Source of the DNA: the human T2T-CHM13v2.0 reference genome, Homo sapiens
Length of the DNA stretch: 64,000 bases
NCBI RefSeq assembly: GCF_009914755.1
Contig: NC_060940.1
Reading direction: 5' to 3' (one strand)
Positions within the stretch are counted from its first letter, which is position 1; each line of letters opens with the position of its first letter. The position numbers were made by a program, and so were the translations under genes. Below, one piece after another: positions 1-15,842 of the stretch. The notes under the pieces are model-generated. The model made no database searches. It saw only the letters and a program-made list of their open reading frames with translations, and was not told where the DNA came from.

Positions 1-2111
1 TGTGTAGCTTCTTTTCACAGCTGCGTAAAAACAAATCTTATTGTGAGACACATGTGCAGAAGAGTGAAATTGTGATGTAAAGAGAATAACTAATAACCAT
101 GGAGATGAGTGTATTGCCTAGTCTAACTATAAATGTGAACTCAAATGCAAAAATGCAATGGAAACTGAGAAAAGAGAAAGAAGTTAACAAGTGCTGCATC
201 ACATCTCACCTGCACAATATCTTACCATGTACCCTGTAGTCAAGACAGTGAAAAGATGAACTATAGGTACCTTATAAGGAAACATACAGGTTTTACAATC
301 AACACAATATGCTTCACAAGGGAAATGCTTTTAAATTAAATATTACGTCATTACGCAGCTATAGGACTCAGAAGTATCAAGTTTCACAAATATTTGGTGG
401 AACATATAAAACAAATTAAACATCCTATATTTTGCTATTCTGTTCATCTCTAAGACTTTGCTGCAGCTTACTTTTTCACATCAAAGATAAAGAAGACTCT
501 TCTCAAATATTTTCCCTTCAATTAATGTTAGCCAGAAATGCATTTGTAGGCTCTCTGTGTCTTAACACCAGAATTGACTTCATTCACAGAAGTGGAAATA
601 CAGAGACGGGTAAGTTTTCTGAAGTAGAGGGTAGCAATTAGGTTGATCCTCTGATTTGTGAACTATGATCACTTGCTCTAGCAATCCTTACCCTCCCCTA
701 CTATGCCAAGGTACATTGCCACTGAAAGCAAATAATCGCATCCTCTGTTAATTTTGCAGGATATTTCTTTCATATATTTTGACAATATGGAAAAGTCAAA
801 GAAACCTCCCTGACACTGAAAGTGAAATTTCAAGAGCTCAATCTGTGATGGTGTCTGGCTATAAGACTTTACAGTATTTTGCCCTCACGCTGCTATTTCC
901 ATGTGTAGAAAAACAGTTTACAAATCCCTGCTAGTGAATGAATGTGAGTGTGTTTACCGAGCTCAAACGTTCTGCCTTTTGCTTGAGACATGTGATACAT
1001 TCGTGCTTCTGGTGGCATCAGGCATATGTGATATCCCCGTAGTGACAGGAAAGCTTTAGAATTAGCATCAGCGAAGACACTACTTCGTATTATATCATTC
1101 CCCCAATAGCAGTATAGAGAGCCCCCAAAGAAAACCATTGTTTCCCCCATTAAATACATCATTGAATACAATCCCCATCACACTGCAAGAAGCTGATATT
1201 TGCCAGAACTTTCCAGAAACTTCATAGGACAGTGTAACCCATCTCAAAATATAAAGAATTCTAGTCTAATAGACATTTTTTTGATCAATAAGTCATCAAG
1301 CATTTATCAGGTGCTGTTTTCTGCTGAATGAGGCACTAGAAATCACAAGGCAGGTAAGCAATAGAGATTCCTGTGGGAGGCTCCTGGAATCAGGAACCTA
1401 GACAGACTCCAGATCCTCATTTCACAGGGGAGAAAACTGAGGGAACCATGTGCAACTAATGCCATTTGGGGTATTTGGCAGAATGTCAACCAGAACCTGG
1501 GGCTGCTGACTGCCTGGCTGTAAGCAATGTATAATCCAGCTGTTTTTGTCTCCAAGTTTAAAAATAATTTAAAAATAAACACCAATTTGGATGTGAAAAG
1601 TGAAATTACCCCGGCCTAATATGCCTGTGTTGATTCCGAAGCTAAAAGTGGCCTGAGTCATTAGCAAGGTCCACTTCATGAATTTTGACAAAGCCTTTCA
1701 TATGCAAGGCATTGCAAACCCATTCAGGAAGAAACTATTGATGAGCATGTCCTATGAACCAGGTGTGAGGGACACAATGGCATATACAACAGAGCTCCTC
1801 TCTGCACAAAGTTTGCAATCTAAGTAGTGACTACTAGTAGACAGATGGGACGGAACACTTGCTACAGGGCGGCTGACCAAGAAAACCTCTATGACAGATC
1901 TATTTAAGGGCAGAAAGCCTTGAAGCACAAAAAGGAGTTGAGGGGAAATATTATTTTTAAATGCATTTTTTTCTATCATGGTTTGCTTTGCATTTTATTA
2001 TGAAAAAAATTAATGTTTTTTCTCAAGATGTTTTCTAAAAAGTATTTGTACACACATTTAAATGTATGCTTTTACTTTGATTCTTGTGACAAAATTTACC
2101 TTACACTATTG

Positions 2112-2162
2112 TGTATGCATGTGCGTGTGTATGTGCGTGTGTGTGTTTGTGTGTGTGCGTGT
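2112..2162. repeat. (TG/CG)n imperfect microsatellite
   Basis: Alternating purine-pyrimidine tract. Confidence 0.85.
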
Positions 2163-2199
2163 TCCAATCAGCATTCTGCTGTGTCTCCAATTCTCTAGG

Positions 2200-2570
2200 A
2201 TTAGGTTTTAATGCTTAAACTCTTCAGCATGGCCTGAGAATGAAAAGCTTCTCATAGCCTTGTTCCTCTCTACCTTTCTTGATTCAGTTGACCCCTCTGG
2301 ACTGCCTGCAGAGTGTGTGCCCCAGTCACACCAGATCAATTTCACTCCTTGAACATGCCAGGTATGTTTATGCTTCTGTCATTCGCATAACCTATGCTCT
2401 TGAAACCACCTTGCTTTCTTGTCTAACCGGGCAAATTATGCCTTCATCCTTAAAAATTCATCTCTTTTCTCTAGCTTTCTCTGACTGTTTCATCAAGTGA
2501 AATCAACTGATCCATCTCCTGGAAACATCTCTTTTCTTTGCACAGCTCTCAGCTCAAATTGCATTATAAT
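2200..2570 (+). mobile_element. L2 fragment
   Basis: L2-like motifs (ctccttgaacatgccagg; ccttcatccttaaaa). Confidence 0.5.
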
Positions 2571-2579
2571 TATCCATAT

Positions 2580-3490
2580 AATTTTTAAGTTTTACTTCTT
2601 GATATTTTTCTAATTATCAGATAATGCAGACTTAGTGTCAAAATTTTAGAAAATAAAATGTATAAATGAGAAAATAAACATTGGCTTACACTATTTTTTT
2701 TCTATTTTTAAATGCAATTGAGATTTTTCTTCTTCTGTCGTACCTGACTTAATATAAACCCTGAATATTTTCATGCATTTCTACTGAGAAGTCTCTGGGA
2801 GCTCTGCCTCTAACAGCTGCATAATTGCTTGTCCGATGTACAGTAAACTATACAACCATTCAACCCCTACTACTGGGCTACTCGGTATTTTAACATTTTC
2901 CTATTATAAGTACAAATGCAAAAAAAAAAAAAACCTGTGCATTAATGTCTGTCTTCATTCTTGCTTATTCCTTTAGAATGGGTGCTTAGAAGTGAAATCA
3001 CTGGGTCAAAAGAGGTAAGACTTTTAAACATCTATGTACATATTTCAGATTATTTTCCAGAAGAGATGTTTTAATTAACAAACACACCAGTATGATTTTT
3101 TAAATGCTCATTATAATCCCCCATCCCATCACAATAACAATAACAAAATTTGTAAAGGGATAAATGCATTGCTTGAATATCTTTCTTTGATTAGTAACAA
3201 GTTGAATTCTTCATGTGAGCACGTGTACATGTATGTGTATGTGGGTATAGTCATGCATACAATTTTGGTTAATTGTATTGTTAGCTGCTTCCCCTCTTTT
3301 CTATGGGAGCAATGGTATTTCTAATTCATTTGCAAGAGCTCTGTATTAAAATATTAAAATACCTCTTCATTTGTTTTGAGTTTTCACAGATTTGTTCTTT
3401 AGTCATCATTTTGCTCATGATATTTTTGAGTTGGTAATTTGTCCATTCTTTTCCCTGCTGTTATTTCCCCTTATGGTTGTTTCTTCACAT
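2580..3490 (-). mobile_element. Old L1M fragment
   Basis: Antisense L1 ORF2/3' motifs (agaagtgaaatcactgggtcaaa; tctttgattagtaacaagttgaa). Confidence 0.55.
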
Positions 3491-3922
3491 GCTTAGATTA
3501 TTGATGCATCAAGATCTTCATTAAGAAAGGTTTCTTTCTTTATTCATCTTTGTATCTCTAGCATATTGATGCAATGGTAGTGCCCGAAATATCATCATCA
3601 TTCAATAAATCCTTGCCAAATTGTATTGTATTTTATTGTATCATACCAGTAAAAGCTATCTCTCAAATCATTTGCTTTCATATATCAAAATTCACATTTT
3701 AATAATTTATATATGTTGAATATACAATAATCGTTAATACTATATGCATATGTCTGTCTAAATTCTATACCTCAATATTTCTCTTAAATACCTAAATTGA
3801 TCTATCAAATTACATGTTCTGAATATCAGTATGAAATAGATAAACATATTCCACAGATAAGCCATTCAGTGCAATGGCCATCAAACAATGACCTGCACAG
3901 GGAAGGTAAGGAGCATCTACAG

Positions 3923-4272
<350 letters not shown>

Positions 4273-5319
4273 CTATCAAAGTATAATGTTATCTGTCAGG
4301 ATCAATGGCTTGAACACCCCCAAGAGAACCTGAGTTTTGTTTTTGTTTTGTTTTATCTTCCAAACCATAAAGTGATCACATTACTCAAAAACTTTCATTC
4401 TGAATACATTCTAAAATAAAATGTATTAATTTCAAACAGCTATATTGTACCTATAACTGTCCTGAATTAATTTTTGTTGGAAACATAGATGTGATTTGTA
4501 GTGTGAACACAGAATGAATTCAAGAAAATGTTATGTGAAGTCACATCACATGTCCTTGGGGGAAGGGAAGCAGAGGGGAGAAAAGGTGCTGAGGACTGAG
4601 TCCTCCAGACCCTGCACAGGGCCACTGCTTCCCCAGTGCTATGGCTTCCCTTTCCAGGAGCTGCCTAACAGGCTCTCATCTTCCCATCTGAATGAATTCC
4701 TTCCCAGAGGCCATGGACAGGAGATTCCCAAACCCTGGAGTAAACCACAAAACTGCTTGCCCACCTACATTCTTTTCCAGAAAAGTCTGGCTCCCTGGGT
4801 TGAGGCAGTTTAAATTCCTGCCAGTAGCACCCTGACATCTAGCCAGGTCAGGGCTCAGCTGAGCTTGGTCTGCCCAGGTGTCAAATAGAAAGCTCACACT
4901 TTAACAGGTAATAGCAGAGGACAGATGAAAAGGCTGGGATCCAGGAAACTGTGCTCACCATTGGACTGGGTGGCCCAGTGAGCCCCTCACCATAGGAAGG
5001 TGAACAGCTGGTTAGAAACAAGTGCCAGGTAGTGTCTGAGCATATGTGAGGCTTATACAAACCACACCGCCAACCAGTAGCAGAAGTCAGACTGGGCACC
5101 TGGTATTCCTCTTCCCTCAGAAGTCCACACTGAAGTCAGGGCTCTCTCTGACTGGTCATTGTAGCCTCAACCCACGTGTAAAATGTAAGCTCCAGATTCA
5201 ACTGACTTCCCAGAAAAAAAGAACTGTCTGGGAGGAAATAATTATTTGCTAATAAACTCCTAGTATCATCTTCTTCTATTAATTTAGTCATTCATTCATT
5301 TATTCAAGGTGTAATACCC

Positions 5320-5655
5320 AATTAAAGGCAGGATATATAGTGAATTTTGCCATCAGTAAGGTCTGAGTTTAAGTGCAGAGTCAACTCACATCAGCTTGGA
5401 AATTTAGGAAAAGATATTTAACTTCGGTAAGCCTCATTTTCTTTACCTATTTTGATGTTGCTTTTAACAGCCCAAACCATTACCTTCCTGGTAGGACCAT
5501 TACCTGTTTGAAAGGCATCATTTGCCTATGACATTGATGCTTTACCTGTAATAGGCTGTGGGCACTGCAGGGGGATCACACGAGAAGGCACACAAGGGTT
5601 TTATGTAGTAGGGCTTGGCACATGGTGAGTGGGTAAATAGAAGCTACTATTACAA
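5320..5655 (+). mobile_element. MIR interrupted by a 91-bp insertion
   Basis: MIR core gcctcattttctttacct|gtaatagg, split at 5448/5540. Confidence 0.65.
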
Positions 5656-6542
5656 TAGGAAAGAATACCTTAAGTGTATATTGAGTAGGAATCCCATGAA
5701 CACTGTTTCCAAATGACTTGACCCTTAAAAGTAACTGAGAGAAATGACTTTTTTTCTATTTTGACAATGAACACACTGAAACACAGAAAGTTTGAGTGCC
5801 TCACTTGAATTAGCCACCAGCTCCTTTTCAGATTTGGAATTTGGATCCACGTTTGTCTCCCTGCAAAGCCTGCACTCTTCCCCAGGTATCAGGCTGCCTG
5901 GTTCCAATCTATGCAGTGGGGATGCAAAGAAGAGTGAGACAGCCTTGCTTTACTCACTGACTAATGGGAAAGAAGGACGTGAGAGCACATTATTATGCCT
6001 GACATGGTAAGTGGCATTGAGCCAGGACAGCATAGGAGTGATTGACTCCAGGCAGAAATGGGCCAGGAGGGCCACACTGGTCCTGTCTCATTTGATAAGC
6101 TGCTTCTTCAAAGCTGAGAAGGGTGTGTCCAAATAGCAAAAATGGGGAAGACTGGCTACTAGGTAAAAGACAGCCTGGAAAAACAATGGGCCAACTTACA
6201 TGGGGCCTTTCCCATTCTAGCCATCCTGGCAAACAAATCATTGCTGAGGCAAGACATATCTTGACACAAATATTCTGACAAAGCAGTGACCAAGGGATGA
6301 GAGAATTGGAATGTCAGCATTTTGCAACTCCCTTATAAAGGATCTAATCATCAGACATCAGGGGTGGCTGACATCACAAGAGAAATTACCAACATTATGT
6401 GCCTCCAGAGGGAAGTCCCCATGCCACCTAGGAAGTAGTCTTAGCAATAAATAAAATAAATTTAAAAATTGAATCTGAATCAGACTAAGACTCATCCAAG
6501 ATGCAATTTTCAGAAAATTAACAAGACAGAGGGAAAACACAG

Positions 6543-6759
6543 CAGAGCTCTTCAATCAGAGCAATTTTATTTTCCAGGAGACATTTGGTAAGTTCTGGAG
6601 AGGATTTCCCTTGTCACGACTGAAGAGGAGGTGCTACTGGCATCTGATGAGTAGATACCAGGGATGCTCCTAAACATCCTACAATGTACACGACAGTCCC
6701 CCACAGTCAAGAATTGTCCTGTTCAAAATGCCAATAAGTGCTGAAGTTGAGAAACCTTG
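6543..6759. mobile_element. MER20 (hAT-Charlie)
   Basis: ggtgctactggcatct...gggatgctcctaaacatcctacaatg...gttgagaaacc. Confidence 0.85.
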
Positions 6760-6842
6760 TATTATGAAATAAATTATTTCATTTATTCAATGAAATAGGA
6801 TGATAGGATAATTTACAGATGAAAATAAACGTAAAAGGTCTA

Positions 6843-7118
<276 letters not shown>

Positions 7119-7506
7119 GCCTATCTAAAGATTAAAAAAAAATGTTTAAATGGCAAAATTAAGCTATAGTGTTTCAGAATGCACACACACATTAACAACA
7201 AGGAGGGAATCATATAAGTGAGAATAGTCGTCATTTTTGTGCAGAGTGATGGCTTTGGGGAAGCATCCTGAGTATCTGACGAGGTTTAAGATCCTCACAG
7301 AGGTGGTTTAAAAGTATTTACCTTGCAATAATGCATTCAGCTACACAAGTGCTTTACATGTGTTTTTGTATAATATCTTACAAGAACATAGTTTAAAATA
7401 TTAATCACAAAATAAAAAGCCTTCTCTTCCCAATTTGGCTAGGAGTTAATTAGCTTCTAGCTACTGAATTCACAAAAATATATTGCTGATTCAACCTAAT
7501 GCATAA

Positions 7507-7846
<340 letters not shown>

Positions 7847-8923
7847 TTAAAAAATTATTTCTAACCATTCTTGCCCCTGCTGCTTATTGCTAGAGATTAC
7901 CAGCCAAAGCTGCATAGTGGTTAAAGCATGATAGAAAAGTAATTAAGAACAGGATCCCTGAGTCAGATAACCTGGGTTGCTGCCCCATTCCACCTTAGTC
8001 ATCTCCACAAGCTTGAGGTTCCTCCTCTGTAAAATGACATCAGTAATTATACCTACCTCGTGGAATCACTGGGAATATTAGCCAAATAATGTATATAACT
8101 GAACTCTGAAAAGCACCCCTTTTGTAAAACACAGCTATTGATTAATTATTCACACATCTATTCATCAAGTACTTAACACGTGTCAAAATTAGTCCTAGAG
8201 GCAGGAGATGTAGGTAGATTGATTGGTCTGAATTCTTTCATCTTTCATAGGATAGACTGTAGATTCTATTGCTACAGAGATCCACTCGGTTCTGCTTTTT
8301 ACTGAAGCTCACTACTTTTAGACACTATAATTACTCAAAATTTAAAATGAGGGAACTAAGAGTGAGGAAACTGCAATTCATATGTGTGGTTACGTGCCTT
8401 ATAACATTCTTTGGGCATTTTCTTATTACCAGATCCTCAGCAAAGCACTTTCATTCATTGCCTCATGCAATGCTCAAAATTGCCATGTGAAAGGAAGGTA
8501 CTATCCTTATACTCTTTTTCAGGTATGAAAAGTAATTCTCCCAGATATTCTTTAGCTTTTCAAAAAGCTTCACAGCTGGTAAATGTCAAAACCAAGATTC
8601 AACTCAACTAGCTTTAACTTAGAAGTCTGTTATCTAATTTAAAACTTGATGGGTCTTGTGGTGCTATTTTGATGCTGCTTTTAAGAGTCCAGACCATTAC
8701 CTTCCTGGTAGAACCATTCCCTGTTTCAAAGGCATCATTTGCCAATGGCATTGATTCAAAAATATCTTCTGGAGCTTTCAGTCCTTGATATTCTCTAAAA
8801 GAAATTGGGATCTGAAGCTAACAACTGTCTAGCCCTTTACAGAAATTGGTAACGTAGATAATTTAAATACATAGTGGCATGCAGCTAGTACCAGGATGCT
8901 GTAAAACCATACACTAGGTATAC

Positions 8924-9095
8924 CAATGGTTCTCAAACTTTATAGATCATCAGAGTCACTTGCACGGCTCTTTAAAGCCACCTCAAGGGTTCCTGATTCA
9001 GAAAGTGTGAGGGTGAGCTCAAGAAAATGCATTCTTAACATATCCTCAGATGATACTGAAACTGCTGGCCCAGAAAGCACACTGTGAAAGCTACA
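8924..9095. mobile_element. MER5A-like
   Basis: caatggttctcaaactt...tgcattcttaaca...gatgatactgaaactgctgg. Confidence 0.7.
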
Positions 9096-9244
9096 TCTAG
9101 ATCCGCCTCTGTTGTCTCTGTGATGTTAGAATGTTTATTCACCCTTTGTGATTATGAAGGCACCTTCCTGTAAAGAAAGCTGTTATGATGTACAGAATGA
9201 GATAGCATGGGTGAAAGCTCTCCGAAAACAGAAAATAGTTAATC

Positions 9245-9422
9245 TGGCACTTCTCAAGCTTTAGGTAGCTTCACAGTCACCTGGAAGCTGGTTACAAACG
9301 CAGCGTCTCAGAGTTCACCCCCAGTTACAGAAGGCCAGGGTTAGGGCTCTAGAAACTTCCTTTGAAACGAGTTTCCCAGGTAATGTTGAAGCAGATGATC
9401 TGCAGACTACCTTTTATAAAAC
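9245..9422. mobile_element. MER5-like
   Basis: cttctcaagcttt...agtcacctgg...tttcccaggtaatgttgaagcag. Confidence 0.6.
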
Positions 9423-10614
9423 TCTCATAAAACAAACACAAGTCCCAGAGCACAAAAGGCAATAGGTCCTACAGCCCTCACTCTGAAGGCCAGGGTATGG
9501 TATAGAGATTGGACATTATACAAATTATAGACTCTTAGATATTCCAGAACAGACAGTAAAAGAAAGTGTATTTTAAAATTGCTTTCATGGAAACATCTAA
9601 GTCAAATATTCGACTTTAGGGCCTTCAGAGTGAATTTTAAATGAGAAGAAAAGTGATATCATTTGAGATGAAAGAAAGCCCTAGGCCAGCATGCCCTAGA
9701 ATCTTTTGATACAGAGCAGACTTCGGAGTTAGGTGTGAATTGGAAATGTCCCAGATGATAGGTAGTAGGTAATCAGAACTATTACATTTTGCACCTGACA
9801 CAGGTATTGCTTCCTCCAACAATGACAGCAGCAGAGCCTGAGCAATTTCAACATCTTAATCCCTTTCCCTTTCTTTCTGAATCCAGGGAATTTAGTCTAA
9901 TTCTTCATGCCTTCCCTTAGGAATTATGAAGTGTCAGCTACCACAGAGAATATGCAAGTGGCTCAGTATAAGAAATGTTTGCTGCAATTCAGGGGACTAT
10001 GTAATTGAGTTAACTTGTAGGAAACATGTTTACTTCCTGGACTAGAACTGAGAGTCTGACCATGGGAAGGTATCAAGCAATAAGTACTAGGTGGACTCTA
10101 ATGCAAATCATACATCACATGCTGCTGCAGGGAGCAAATTCCTTGCTCTTAATATTTTTATCAGAGTTGATAAAAATAATGGAAATTAAAAACCCTACTG
10201 TTGGATAAATGTGGAGAAGGAGATTTATGTAAATCAACTGCATTAGGTAAATTGTTTGCAACACAAGCTGCTCAGAATGATATTCTCGGGGCTGATCGAG
10301 AATTGCTATGACTGAGAAAATGAAATGTTAATGAATTTTATCAATGCTATTAACTTGGGTCCTCTTGACCAGGTAAGGGCTATTATCAAACTGTAGTGGA
10401 ATCTACAAAAAAGTGGGCCACATGTGTGGGCATCCTGTGACACAGGCACATTTAATACAACATGGCCGTATAGCAGGACTCCTCACTTTGACCTTTATTG
10501 TTGTCTTTTTCCTTCTTTTTAACAGTAATTAATCATCATGGAAGAATATCGTGGAAATGTAGAGGTGCAAAATAAATTAAATAAAGTTGGCAAAATAAAT
10601 ATACAAATGATTGG

Positions 10615-10972
10615 TGATATGATCTGAATGTTGATATCTCCTCAAAATTTATTTATGTTGAAACCTAGTACCCAATATGATGGTGTTAGAGATGGAGTTT
10701 TAGGGAAGTGGTTAAGTCATGAGGGCTCCAAGCTCGGGAATGGCATCAGCGTCCTTACAAACGAAGCTTCAGGGAGCCCCCTTGCCCCTTCAGCCACATG
10801 AAGACACAGAAGGTGCCGTCTATTTGGAACGGGCCCTCACCAGACACCGAATCAGCTGGCACCTTGATCTTGAAGTTCCTATCCTCCAGAACTGTCAATA
10901 ATACATTTTCTGTTGTTTATAAATTTCCCACTCTAAGGTATTTTTTAATAGCAGTCCAAAGGAAATAAGACA
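10615..10972 (+). mobile_element. Solo MaLR LTR (MLT1A/MSTD-like)
   Basis: TG...CA ends; gggccctcaccagacaccgaatc...ccttgatcttg...ctccagaactgt. Confidence 0.88.
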
Positions 10973-13900
10973 ACTGAATAATGAATGGATAATCCTGTCA
11001 CCCAGTGATAACTCATTTTAGTTGTCATGCTAAAATGCTCACTACCTTCTAATAATTTTAACCATGCTTATTGTTTTTAAAATATAGATTGTGATTTACA
11101 TACAATTTTCATCATGCATCTGTGATAAATACTATACCACAAGTAATTCTCTACATTATTAAAAATATATTCATTATTAAAAACATCTTAAACTTTTCAG
11201 TTGTATGAATGAACTGTTACTATTCAAAGAATTCCTCTAAGGGGTAATCATTTAGCACGTTTTCACTTTTGCCTCCTATAAATAAAAATTTGTTGAGCAT
11301 TTTTTATCAGCTATATTAAGGTAAAATTTACGTACTGTAGAAATCACCTGGATGAACACATTTTTATGAGCTTCTATCTTGCGTGTTTCAGTGTTTCCTA
11401 AGGCTAGATATCACAAATTAACCAAGTAAGACAAAGGGCCTGATACATGTTTAGGTTCAAGACAAACTTTGCCAAATGCCTTCTACTATTGATTTATACT
11501 TTCGTCAGCAGAGTATTAGAGTGCTCATCTCATTCCACCCAGGTCAGAATGAATAGTATTATTATTCAAGATGCTTTCACTTTTAGGGAAAAAGTCAAGA
11601 CATCAACATATGTGTTCAAAGAAATGGAAAGTGCATTTGGGAATTTTGTTTTTCACTTTCGATGCACTTTGAGTGTTTTTGTCATTTTCTTCCTTCTTGT
11701 TTAGTTGAGGTCATCTTCTTGTCAGCTTCTTGTTTAGTTGGGGTAATATGCTGTTCAAATATATTGCCCTTATTGAACCTGTTATAATAACCAAGGTAGA
11801 AAGTGGCAATATGAGTAACTTTCCTGCAACTCAAACAGCAGCCTCACCTAAACCAAGAAACCTCCAACTCTGGGTTCCTAGTCACGAACTACATTACCCT
11901 AGACAAGGATTTAAACTTCTCTGAGCATTATTTTTCTCATAGCAAAAAGGAAAAAGAAATAGAAGATGATCAAGTTCTAGGCACTTAACCAGCGATACCA
12001 AAAAATTTAATAACATTCTATATTTGAATAATAGAAAACGATTTTTAAAATATTATTCTACCCTCTAATTCAAATCGCCCTTGTGAAAACTTGCTCTTAA
12101 AACTATGAAAGAATGGTAAAATAACTAATTATGTGTGACTTACTCTCATGACTTATCCCATTCTTCTAAGTCTTGCAGTGCTTAAAAAAAAATAAAGGAT
12201 GTGTAACTGCTAGTTATCAGCACTTTATATAACTTTTGATTCAAGTAACAAATAGCATTCCAGTTCTATGTATTAATTATGCCACTAAATTGCAAAGGAA
12301 AGAAGCCAATTCTAATGAATTGTAACCATAGTTTCTTTTGCGTGTTACATATTAGAAGTGGGTAGCACTTTAAATTACCATACACAAAACAGCATATAAT
12401 TAATTCTGAATAAAAGATAATGTATTCTTGCTAAATACGAGTTATTTTAAAATCTCTTAATGAAGAACTAAGCATATGCTGTGTTGTACTGTGAAAATGT
12501 TTAGCATATGCCATTAGAGCCAACATTTTGCATTTATTATTGTATTTATTTTCAATAATAATATATTATTTAAGTGAACATACAAAAAATTTAATCACTA
12601 ACATTCCGAATGTGGAAAATATATGCAAATTACAGGAAACTTTTTGGCTCCCCCTAAGTTGTCACTAAATAACTTTTTGATGACATGGTGTGATTGCAAT
12701 TTGTAATAAAATGAGAAAAATGGAAAAGATTGTTACTTTTAAGTGGCAGAACATATGCACAATGCATTTTAAAATTCAGATACGGAAATAAACATTTCTA
12801 TTCTGAAAACTGACATGTTCTAAGTTTTCGCTTAATAGAAAAGCTGAAATCTAGACCTTAAGTGTCACCTGATCTAGTATTGGGTTTATAATTTCCTTTC
12901 CAACATTGTGTTCCTGCTTTGAAAAGAATGTATACAGAAGAATGTCATCTTACAACTAACAATATTGTGTCTCTCAGTTGATTATGCTGGATACTTCATT
13001 CTGCCCCTTATCACCATTACCACAGATACCACTATCACCACCACCAACAGCAAGAAAATAACAAGTCTTGGTCCAATCCTTTCTTAAGCCTTATTCTCCC
13101 CATCTGCATCTTTATGATGCCTAATGTCCCTATAAATCAGCCATGTGACCATGGGCAAACAACTCCCCATCTCTAAGCTTTAGAACCCTCAGTTATGAAA
13201 TAATTATACTGCGGTCCTTTTTACTTACAACAGTTCTTCCCTCCCGCCAGCCATTCCTGGGGTCCAACAGAAACACACAATAAAATAAGGTTTTCCCAAC
13301 TCACATATGCTTTCTATTCTTACTTCATTTAATTTGTAGTGAAAAATGTAGATAGTAGAAATGAATTACAATATCCTAAAGGCTCCAAATTAAAAACAAA
13401 ATGTAAAGTTTATTTTTAAATCCAAAGTTCTGCTTTTGTTCCAAAGGTGTGATGACTAATTCATCAGAAACAGATGGAAACTAGAGGGAACCGCTATTCC
13501 ATTCTTTTCCAAACACTCCAGGTTTGGAGATATTTTAAGTGTGTTTCCTACTTGAGTACTAATATATAGTAATTAAAAATTGAAAATGAATAAAATTTAA
13601 AATTTAAACTTAAATTCCAGCCCTAGGCAACTGCTGCTGGCATTTTGCCATAATTTCTCTACATGCTCTGATATATGCATAAGTGCGTAAGTATGAGTGT
13701 AGTAAGTTGAAGTCAGACTGAATACATAATTCAATGGCCTACCTTGTACCTCTTAACATTTTATCCTAAGCATATGTCCATGTAGCTACAACTCCTTTGT
13801 AATACTTCTAGTGACTGAATTTAGTCCACCATAAAAATATACCATAATTTATTTAAGAAATCTCCTTTTGTTAGATATTTAAGTTTTGATTTTTGCCATG

Positions 13901-14182
13901 ATAGATATTTTTGTGCATCTAATTTTTAAATATTTCCACCTATTTATTTAGTATTAATTCCAGAAAAGTGAGATGATTATTGTAAAATCTCAGCAGAAGA
14001 AATATAATTACTTAAAAATAATGTTGGCGGTTTCTTTTCCATTTGAACACTCATTTTCTATGAATGCTGTTGATCATACCTCAGCACATCAATGTCCCTG
14101 AATCCCACATATGTCTTCTGATTACTGTTGTTACAATAGAAGAAAGATTTATTTCTGTGTGTGTCTTTCCTCTATAGATTAG

Positions 14183-14434
<252 letters not shown>

Positions 14435-15574
14435 AGATTAGGCCTTTCTTAAGAAAGATTTCTTAAATACCCTAGCCTCAGTTCCCTATTTAAAGTCAGG
14501 CACAGAGTAGGTGCTCAATAAACATTCACTCAATTGGCTAGTGTATCTTTAAAATTATTTATCAAGCTCCCTCCTTTTCCCAGGGATAATAAATAATGTC
14601 ACCTCCCCAGAGAAGTCTCTCTGGATCTACCTGAACTCATTTCACCTCTCATTTTATTACACGACTCTGTTCATTTCCTTTTGGACAAATACCACAATGT
14701 GAGATTGTCCTGTCATAGATGTTGTGCCTCTTCCCATAGAATGCCATAGTCATAGATGGCAGGGTCTGTCCTCATCACTTATCTCCATCCTACAGCACAG
14801 TGATTGCTACACTGCAGCCCCTCAAAGCTGAAAAGTCTCTTAGAGGTCACCAAACTTAGCTCCATTATTTAAAAAATATATACACAGATGTCCCATGTGG
14901 AAAAATTAGTTACCCAAGTTTTAACTAAAAATGACAGAATCTAGATGAGAATTAAAAATTCTGGACTCCCAGGCCAATGTTCCTTCCACAGCTTTCCAGT
15001 GACGGCAACCTCACAGCCCAGAGCAGAAGACAGAAAGATGACCTCAATCCCATTCAGCCCAGGGAGACCAAAGTGCTTTGGGCCAAACTGATAGAAACCT
15101 CTATTCTTGGCTGTTAGAGGCACTATCTAACCCATGCCTTAGTACCACTTGCACACCAAGCTTAATAGAGATGGGGTGGCTATTACTATCTTCTGCTTAT
15201 TGGTGGGGATGCCTGAGACACAAAGGAGCTGAGGAACATGGCCACAGCCAAGTGGCCAAGCCCAGACCAAGTGTCAGGTGTCCATTCACCTAGTCCCCAG
15301 ATGTCTCCTGTGTCTCTTGCAACTCAGCTCAAATCACAGGTTCCTTGTCTCACCCATGAACAGATCCATCATCTGTTCTTGGGACACTGAGGTTCCTCCT
15401 CATCTTGAGGGACATTTTCCAAAAAAAAAAAAAAAGTGCCTTGACCTTTCCTTAAAGGAAAAATAAATAATAAATAAAAAGAACCCTGAAGTCAAGTCAC
15501 TTATGTAGTGATGTGATGTACTTTTTAACAAATTCATTCAGCTTACAGTATTTACAAAACTACAAGTTTGTCTC

Positions 15575-15842
15575 CTTTTTTTTTTTTTTTTTGATGGACT
15601 CTCACTCTGTTGTCCAGGCTGGAGTGCAGTGGCGTGATCTTGGCCCACTGCAACCTCCGCCTCCCAAGTTCAAGCAATTCTCCTGCCTCAGCCTCCTGAG
15701 TAGCAGGGTTTACAGGCATGTGCCACCACACTCAGCTAATTTTATCTATTTTTAGTAGAGATGGGGTTTCACCATGTTGGCCAGGCTGGTCTTGAACTCC
15801 TGGCCTCAAGTGACCTGCCTGCCTTGGCCTCCCAGTGTTGGG
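15575..15842 (-). mobile_element. AluS, slightly 5'-truncated
   Basis: Poly-T followed by an antisense Alu body. Confidence 0.92.

Noticed and set aside
1600-1740. AP-1 (TGAGTCA) plus NF-kB-like motif cluster as an enhancer
   Set aside because: Short motifs occur by chance many times in 64 kb, and no conservation or chromatin data are available.
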